From Polyangiales bacterium (GTDB taxonomy: Bacteria > Myxococcota_A > Polyangia > Polyangiales > Houyiibacteriaceae): a stretch of 64,000 nucleotides of DNA. How positions within the stretch are numbered: the stretch's first letter is position 1; every line of letters starts with the position of its first letter. The notes beneath the pieces were generated by a model that saw nothing but the letters and a program-made list of their open reading frames with translations, was not told the origin of the DNA and did not search any database. Positions 57,965 to 64,000 of the stretch are shown one piece after another. The stretch spans positions 1 through 64,000 of the forward strand of contig JBGCFM010000054.1 in NCBI GenBank assembly GCA_045106895.1, read 5' to 3'. A program made the position numbers and the translations under genes.

Positions 57965-58728
57965 GACCGCTGCTACTCCTCTTGAGCTTCGTGTTCTCCA
58001 ACTTCGCCCTCGCCCAAGACGACGAAGCGCGGATTCATTTTGAAGCGGGTAGCCTCCACTACCAAGAGGCGAACTACGAAGACGCCCTCGGGGAGTTTGA
58101 GCGCGCGTATGAGCTGTCGGAGCTGCCCGCGCTGCTCTTCAACATGTCTCAGTGCCATGAGCGCCTCGGACAGCTGAGCGAAGCCATCTCCACGCTGGAA
58201 GCGTTCATCGCAGGGACTGAGGAAGGCGAGCAAAAAATGCGTCAGGAGCGTCGCCTGGTGAATCTCCAGCGTCGTTACGCCGAAGAGCAGGCCGCTGCGC
58301 TCGCAGCCGAGGAGGCCGCGCAGGCAAGTGCGGCGGAAGCCGAAGCACGGCGAAGGCCTGAGGTAGAGCCTCCGCCGAGCCCGCCGATTCACGGCCTTCG
58401 GAACGCTGGCTTTGGCGTCCTCGCCGTGGGCGCTGCAGGTCTGCTGACCTTCGCCGTAGCCGGGAGTCTTGCGCTTTCCAGTGCGGGAGAACTGGACGAC
58501 ACGTGTGGCGCGAACGGGCCCATGTGCGACGAGGACGATATTGCGCCTCTCGAGACGCGTATGCTAGTCGCTGATATCGGCCTTGGCATAGGTCTTGTGG
58601 CCGCCGTGACTGGCGTGATCATGGTCATCGTGGGGAGCAAAGGCGGCGACGAAGATGAGTCTCAGGCGCTCGTCGTTCCGATGATTCAGCGCGAGGGCGG
58701 CGGCGCCGCGATGAGCCTGCGTTTCTAG
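57961..58728 (+). CDS. Tetratricopeptide-repeat membrane protein (myxobacterial type)
   Basis: Signal peptide; ARIHFEAG..YEDALGEFERAYEL..LLFNMSQCHERLG; two hydrophobic helices; ends GGGAAMSLRF. Confidence 0.8.
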   Translation: MRPLLLLLSFVFSNFALAQDDEARIHFEAGSLHYQEANYEDALGEFERAYELSELPALLFNMSQCHERLGQLSEAISTLEAFIAGTEEGEQKMRQERRLVNLQRRYAEEQAAALAAEEAAQASAAEAEARRRPEVEPPPSPPIHGLRNAGFGVLAVGAAGLLTFAVAGSLALSSAGELDDTCGANGPMCDEDDIAPLETRMLVADIGLGIGLVAAVTGVIMVIVGSKGGDEDESQALVVPMIQREGGGAAMSLRF

Positions 58729-58792
58729 CGTTCTTTCGGCCACGCAGCTTTCCGTGGGACCGCAGCCAGGAGCGGGGCTATAGTCCGCGCGA

Positions 58793-60886
58793 ATGGCACA
58801 TCAGCGAATTCTGGTCACCTCTGCGCTCCCCTACGCCAACGGTCCGATTCACCTCGGGCACATGGCTGGGGCTTATCTCCCCGCCGACGTCTTCGTGCGT
58901 TACCAGCGGCTTTGCGGACAGGACGTGGTCTACGTCTGCGGATCCGACGAGCATGGCGCGGCTATCGTCAAGCGTGCGATGGCCGATGGCGTGAAGCCCG
59001 AGGACATCGTCGGGCAGTACCACGAGCAAGCCGTCAAGGACTTCGGGGCGGTAGGCATGACCTTCGATCACTACGGTCGAACGAGCTCGCCGATGCACCA
59101 CAAGACGGCGCGCGAGTGGTTCCGTAACATGGCGGAGAAGAACGCCTTTACGACGAAGACCGAAGAGCTTCCCTTCGACCCCGAAGCGAAGATGTTCCTC
59201 GCGGACCGTTTCGTGACGGGCACTTGTCCTCACTGCAAGAACGAGCGCGCGTACGGCGATCAGTGCGAGAACTGCGGCACGGCGCTGAGTCCCAAAGAGC
59301 TCATCTCGCCGAAGAGCACGCTCAGCGACGCGACGCCGGAGTGGCGCGAGACGACGCACTGGTACCTGCCGATGGGCGAGCATCAGGAGCAACTCGAAGA
59401 GTGGATCGCGACAAAGACACACTGGAAGCCAAACGTTCTTGGCCAGGTGAAGTCTTGGTTCACCCTCGGTCTCGGCGACCGCGCCATGACGCGTGACCTG
59501 CCTTGGGGCGTGCCTGTGCCGGAAGACGCTGCGTCGCTCTCCGGCGTCAGCGCCGACGGCAAGGTGCTCTATGTTTGGTTCGACGCGCCGATTGGCTACG
59601 TGAGCGCCACGCGTGAGTGGGCCGAAAAGCAGGGCGATGCGGACGCCTGGAAGAAGTACTGGCAGTCGGAAGACACGCGCCTCGTGCACTTCATCGGCAA
59701 GGACAATATCGTCTTTCACACGCTCTCGTTCCCGCTGATGATGATGCTTCATGGGGACTATGTGTTGCCCGAGAACGTACCGGCGAACGAGTTTCTGAAC
59801 CTCGAAGGGGACAAGCTCTCGACGAGCCGTGGATGGGCCGTTTGGCTCGGCGAAGCCCTTGAGGCGTTTCCGGCGGACTACCTTCGCTACTCGCTCTTAC
59901 GCACGCTTCCGGAGACCAAGGACGCCGACTTTACGTGGGCGGACTTTCAGGCGCACGTGAACAACGAGCTCGCCGACAACATCGGTAACTTCGTGAATCG
60001 CGGCGTGCAGTTCGTTCACAAGTACTGCGACGGCGTGCTCCCGGAGCTGGTGAACCCGAGCGCCGAAGACCAGGCAGCGCTTGCGGCGCTTGCGGACTTC
60101 CCTGCGCGCATCGGTGCGATGATCGACGAGTCGCGCATGCGTGAAGCCATCAACGAGGTCATGGCCCTCGGTCGCCTTGGCAACAAGTACTTCAACGACT
60201 CGGAGCCGTGGGCGACGCGCAAGAGCGACATGGAGCGCTGCGGGAACACGCTTCACGTGAGCCTGCAGATCTGTGCCTCGCTTTCGATCCTCCTCGACCC
60301 CTTCCTGCCGTTTACGGCGGCGGCGCTTCGGCGGATGTTGAAGGTTGAGGGCGTGCGCTCCAGCGAAGCCGGCGGCTCCGACGGAACTCTCGGATGGAGC
60401 GACGCCGGCGCGCCTCTCTTGAAGGGCGGGCTCGTCCTCGGCGAGGCGGAGATCCTGGTTCGTAAGGTCGAAGACGAAGCCATCGAAGCGCAGAAGGCGC
60501 TCTTGAAAGAGCGCGCCGAGGCAGCCGAAGCGGCAAAGGAAGACGCTCCCTACGCCACGCTCAAAGACCTCATGGTCTTCGGCGACTTCACGAAGATGGA
60601 CCTCCGCGTCGGCAAGGTGCTCGTCGCTGAGCGAGTGAAGAAATCCAAGAAGCTCATTCGCTGCGAGGTGGACCTTGGCTTTGAAAAACGCCAGGTCCTC
60701 GCCGGCGTGGCGGAGTACCTCAGCGCCGACGACCTGCTCGGTAAGAACGTCATCGTCGTCGCGAACTTGGCGCCGCGAAAGATGGTAGGCCTGGAGAGCG
60801 AAGGCATGTTGCTCATGGCGGAGAACCGCGAAGGGCAGCTGGTTCCCGTGGAGGCACAGTCGGAGCCAGGCTCCACCGTTTCGTGA
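58793..60886 (+). CDS. metG: Methionine--tRNA ligase with C-terminal tRNA-binding domain
   Basis: TSALPYANGPIHLGH, CPHC..GDQCENCG, YVWFDAPIGY, HFIGKDNI, KLSTS and DLRVGKV..NLAPRKM. Confidence 0.97.
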   Translation: MAHQRILVTSALPYANGPIHLGHMAGAYLPADVFVRYQRLCGQDVVYVCGSDEHGAAIVKRAMADGVKPEDIVGQYHEQAVKDFGAVGMTFDHYGRTSSPMHHKTAREWFRNMAEKNAFTTKTEELPFDPEAKMFLADRFVTGTCPHCKNERAYGDQCENCGTALSPKELISPKSTLSDATPEWRETTHWYLPMGEHQEQLEEWIATKTHWKPNVLGQVKSWFTLGLGDRAMTRDLPWGVPVPEDAASLSGVSADGKVLYVWFDAPIGYVSATREWAEKQGDADAWKKYWQSEDTRLVHFIGKDNIVFHTLSFPLMMMLHGDYVLPENVPANEFLNLEGDKLSTSRGWAVWLGEALEAFPADYLRYSLLRTLPETKDADFTWADFQAHVNNELADNIGNFVNRGVQFVHKYCDGVLPELVNPSAEDQAALAALADFPARIGAMIDESRMREAINEVMALGRLGNKYFNDSEPWATRKSDMERCGNTLHVSLQICASLSILLDPFLPFTAAALRRMLKVEGVRSSEAGGSDGTLGWSDAGAPLLKGGLVLGEAEILVRKVEDEAIEAQKALLKERAEAAEAAKEDAPYATLKDLMVFGDFTKMDLRVGKVLVAERVKKSKKLIRCEVDLGFEKRQVLAGVAEYLSADDLLGKNVIVVANLAPRKMVGLESEGMLLMAENREGQLVPVEAQSEPGSTVS

Positions 60887-61737
60887 ACAGGGGCTTCGCC
60901 ACGGACGCGGAGTTTGCCTTTGACACGTTTGGCGGAGCGCAGAACGCGCTCTGTCTCGCTCCCGATGCGCCGCGAGCCGTGGTGGGCGTGCTGCCCGCTG
61001 TTGGCATTCGCGCGGCCTATTACACCGAGTTCTTCGCGGCGCTCAACGCCCGCGGCATCGCCGGCGTCGCGGCGGACTGGATCGGCGCAGGAGCGAGCCC
61101 CGTTCGCGCGTCGCGCCGCGTCGCGTGGAGCTACAACGAGATGGTCCATCAGCACGCGGCGGGCCTCCATGACGCTTCACAGAAGCGCTTCGGGGACGTC
61201 CCGTTCTTCTGGCTCGGACACTCCCTCGGCGGTCATGTCGCCATGCTTCACGCCGGACTCGAAAGCGGCGTGCGTGGCGTGGCGCTCTTTGCTTCGGGCT
61301 CGCCGCACTACAAAGCCTGGACGGGCCGCGAGCGCGTGGCGATGGCCGGCGGCTCGCTCATGGTGCGCGTGATCTCCGCCGCCCTCGGCCACTTCCCGGG
61401 CAAGGAGCTTCGCTTTGGCGAGCGTGAATCCGCCGCTTGGGCCCGCGACTGGTACCACGTGCACCGCACGGGCAGCTTCTCGCATCCGGGCTTCGACGGC
61501 GACGCGCTCCTGCGGCAAATGCGCGCTCCGGTCCTCGTCGCCACGGTCTTCGATGACAGGCTCGCTCCCGGCGAGTCGGCGGCGGCTTTGGTGGCGCGGA
61601 CGCCCACGTCGAATGTGACTCGGCGGAGCTGGAACCCGGGCCACGCCGTGGGCCACAACCGCTGGCCGCGGCGCCTAAGGGAGCGCGCTGCGGAGGATTT
61701 TGACTTGTGGGTCAGCCGCATCTTGAGCTCCGCCTGA
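60883..61737 (+). CDS. Alpha/beta hydrolase
   Basis: LPAVGIRAAYY, GHSLGG, DDRLAP and VGHNRW; GTGA overlap with metG. Confidence 0.82.
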   Translation: MNRGFATDAEFAFDTFGGAQNALCLAPDAPRAVVGVLPAVGIRAAYYTEFFAALNARGIAGVAADWIGAGASPVRASRRVAWSYNEMVHQHAAGLHDASQKRFGDVPFFWLGHSLGGHVAMLHAGLESGVRGVALFASGSPHYKAWTGRERVAMAGGSLMVRVISAALGHFPGKELRFGERESAAWARDWYHVHRTGSFSHPGFDGDALLRQMRAPVLVATVFDDRLAPGESAAALVARTPTSNVTRRSWNPGHAVGHNRWPRRLRERAAEDFDLWVSRILSSA

Positions 61738-61744
61738 CGTCGCA

Positions 61745-62074
61745 GTGGTAGATCGAAGAGATGCCAGCGATAGCAAAGCCGAGTCCGCCTTTCACAAGGT
61801 CGGGAGTTCCATCGAAGGCGCCGAGGCGTCGCAGATGTTTGGAAAGAAGTGCTACAAGGCCGGCGGAAAGGCGTTCGTCTGCTTTTTTCAGGACGCGATG
61901 GTCTTCAAGCTCTCTGGGGAAGAGCATGCCGCGGCGCTAGCCCTCAGAGAATCCGTGCTCTTCGACCCGTCTGGCAAGGGGGGGGCGATGAAGGCATGGG
62001 TTCAGGTACATCACGACAAACGCAAGTCGTGGCCGAAGCTCGCGGCCGCCGCCCACGCCTTTGTGACCGGCTAA
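61745..62074 (+). CDS. Small TfoX_N/YjbR-like protein
   Basis: MFGKKCYKAGGKAF..MVFKL..FDPSG..MKAWVQV. Confidence 0.65.
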   Translation: MVDRRDASDSKAESAFHKVGSSIEGAEASQMFGKKCYKAGGKAFVCFFQDAMVFKLSGEEHAAALALRESVLFDPSGKGGAMKAWVQVHHDKRKSWPKLAAAAHAFVTG

Positions 62075-63147
62075 CGACCCTCGATGCCCACGGCGTTTAG
62101 ACGCGTTCGGTAGACCGTATTTCTTGTCGTGATGAAGAGCGTCTGACGCGCATCGCCGCCGAAGGTCACGTTGGTGGTGTCGGTCAACTCCAGTGCGCCC
62201 CATCGCATACCGTCTGGCGCGAACACCTCGATGCCGGCGCGCGTCGATACATACACGTTTCCGCCCGTGTCTACGGTCATTCCGTCGGGACCATTGACGC
62301 TGACGAATGTGCGTTCATTCGTGAGCTCGCCGCCGAGGGCGACATCGAAGGCGCGGACCACGCCGTCCGCGGTGTCTGCGAGGTAGAGAACACTATCGTC
62401 TGGCGAAAGTGCGACGCCGTTGGGTCGCTGGTCCAGGCCGCCGGACCAAACACGACGAGTTTCGCTGCCGAGCGCGCCCGCAGGAACGAAGTAGAGGCCG
62501 CGGACGTCCATCTCGGCGGCGTCATCCGCGCCATAGCCAGGGTCCGTGAAGAACCACGCGCCGTCGCCGCGGAAGACGAGGTCGTTGGGCGCGTTGTAGC
62601 GCTGTCCTTCGTAGCGCTCGTAGACCGTGTCGATGGACCCGTCGGCAATCTGAGCAACGCGGCGTCCTGCCTGGTGACAGGCGATGAGCTCCCCACTTGG
62701 CGTGTGGGCGAGACCGTTGGCGCCGTCGCTCGGCTGCACAACGATGCGAAGCTCGCTCGGCGGCGTCAGCGCGTATACGGCGGTGAGCTCTGGACGACCG
62801 AAGTACTGATCGGTGAAAAAGAGCTCCCCGTCGAACCAGTGCGGGCCTTCCGTGAACCCGAACGCCTCACCTTCGAAGTCTCCGATGAGGGCCTCGACCG
62901 GACCCGCGCCTTCGAGTGGGTTCGCCGGCGGGCCCGCGTCCAGTGGTTCAGGGACATCGGCTCCAGCGTCGGCAATCGGTGCGTCCGCCGCGGAGTCGTC
63001 CGGGGTATCCATGGCGGCGTCCTCAGGACCCACGTCCTGGAGAGTTGCGTCGCGCCCCGGAACATCACTCTGCGTGCCAGCGTCGTTGCTCACGTCATCT
63101 CCGCAGGCGGCGAAGAGCAGGCAGAGGAGGGTGTACGAAAAGCGCAT
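62071..63147 (-). CDS. SMP-30/gluconolactonase/LRE lipoprotein
   Basis: Lipobox FAACGDD; FTEGPHW, ANGL, NAPNDL, FFTDP, PNGVALSPD, PDGMTVD and TNVTFGG. Confidence 0.9.
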   Translation of the reverse strand: MRFSYTLLCLLFAACGDDVSNDAGTQSDVPGRDATLQDVGPEDAAMDTPDDSAADAPIADAGADVPEPLDAGPPANPLEGAGPVEALIGDFEGEAFGFTEGPHWFDGELFFTDQYFGRPELTAVYALTPPSELRIVVQPSDGANGLAHTPSGELIACHQAGRRVAQIADGSIDTVYERYEGQRYNAPNDLVFRGDGAWFFTDPGYGADDAAEMDVRGLYFVPAGALGSETRRVWSGGLDQRPNGVALSPDDSVLYLADTADGVVRAFDVALGGELTNERTFVSVNGPDGMTVDTGGNVYVSTRAGIEVFAPDGMRWGALELTDTTNVTFGGDARQTLFITTRNTVYRTRLNAVGIEGR

Positions 63148-63158
63148 TTTGCGACCCT

Positions 63159-63318
63159 AACCCCAGTGGTCGATTGGGTATACCCACCTGGCCGGCTCCC
63201 TCCGCTCATGGCCGCGCCCGCGACTCTTCGAAAGGTCCGGGACCTTCCTTCATCGTCGCGCCTTGCCATGAACGAAATCGCTCGCCCATGTGAGCAAACC
63301 CAATCGAACATTGGGGTT
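63159..63318. mobile_element. 160-bp element with 21-bp terminal inverted repeats (MITE-like or long RNA stem)
   Basis: AACCCCAGTGGTCGATTGGGT (63159-63179) versus ACCCAATCGAACATTGGGGTT (63298-63318): 19 of 21 positions complementary. Confidence 0.5.
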
Positions 63319-63356
63319 GGTGGACTATTTGCGCCTGTGCACCGCGTTGCGCTGTC

Positions 63357-64000
63357 ATGGCTCTGCCGCGACCCTTTCCGCGCCCACTTGGCATGTATTC
63401 ATCCGCCGGAGGGCTCCTCGCACGTGAAGCGCGAAGCCTGGAACGACTCTGCACAGACACGATCTCCGATACCCGTTTTGCGCGACTCCGGCAGCCGTCG
63501 TTCGAGGGAAAGAAGGTGTATCGCCACCAGAGTGTTCTCGTCCGTCGACGTGGGCAAAGCCAGCGCGGCCTGCAGCTGCAACGGAACAAAGTGCGTTCGC
63601 TGCGCGTCGCCGTCGCGTGCCTTCAGGACGTCACGATCCGCCCTGGTGAGACGTTCTCGTTCTGGAAGTTGGTCGGACGCCCTACGCAAGAGCGCGGTTT
63701 CGCCCTGGGCATGGAACTGAGCGCCGGGCGTCCCCAAGAAGGCGTCGGCGGGGGGCTGTGTCAGCTCTCCAATCTCATCTTCTGGCTAGCGCTGCACTCC
63801 TCCCTTGGCGTCGTCGAACGACATCACCACAGCTTCGACCCGTTTCCTGACGACGGCCGCGTGTTGCCTTTCGGAAGCGGCGCCACGGTGATGTATCGTT
63901 ACAAGGACCTGCGCCTCTTCAACCCGACGGATTCGACGTTTCGTTTTCGCTTCGGCTTCGACGCCAAGTGTCTTCGGGGGCTGCTGCAGAGTGATGCGTC
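63357..64000 (+). CDS. VanW-family protein (truncated by the window end)
   Basis: Not in the ORF track; translated by hand: NKVRSL..IRPGETFSFWKLVG..GVGGGLCQLSN..ERHHHS..PFGSGATV..DLRLFN. Confidence 0.88.
   Translation, partial: MALPRPFPRPLGMYSSAGGLLAREARSLERLCTDTISDTRFARLRQPSFEGKKVYRHQSVLVRRRGQSQRGLQLQRNKVRSLRVAVACLQDVTIRPGETFSFWKLVGRPTQERGFALGMELSAGRPQEGVGGGLCQLSNLIFWLALHSSLGVVERHHHSFDPFPDDGRVLPFGSGATVMYRYKDLRLFNPTDSTFRFRFGFDAKCLRGLLQSDA

Noticed and set aside
62674..63720. 348-aa + strand ORF
   Set aside because: Overlaps the gluconolactonase gene in antisense and is out of frame with the real VanW-family CDS starting at 63357.
63357..64000. Vancomycin-resistance locus
   Set aside because: VanW-family genes are widespread outside van clusters, and no vanHAX or vanRS genes are visible in this window.

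Overview
A GC-rich (roughly 65% by eye), densely coding window of core chromosome. It most likely comes from a myxobacterium (Myxococcota, Polyangiales/Sandaracinaceae-like). That call is inferred from a MYXO-CTERM-like sorting tail, Cys-rich and Asp-Ala-Gly-linker lipoproteins, a Hanks-type kinase and TPR/PEGA-type membrane proteins. About 50 CDS were called. Housekeeping genes are zwf (partial), ndk, dapD, rlmN, kynA, obgE, queG, monomeric icd, serA and metG. Other genes include a LysR-controlled RND pump, an MFS pump, peptidoglycan hydrolases and many lipoproteins of unknown function. I found no rRNA, tRNA, CRISPR array or intact transposase. Highlights: (1) a histidine kinase coupled to a paralogous pseudokinase (H-box His->Gln), facing a membrane-anchored degenerate-Hpt/pseudo-receiver/receiver protein; (2) TAnnnT boxes 6-8 nt before many start codons, suggesting widespread leaderless mRNAs; (3) a structured, glycine-riboswitch-like element upstream of icd; (4) a 1070-aa lipoprotein with two papain-like domains; (5) a CFA-synthase-like methyltransferase with altered active-site motifs; (6) a 160-bp element with terminal inverted repeats. 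All functional calls come from motif recognition only; no database searches were run.
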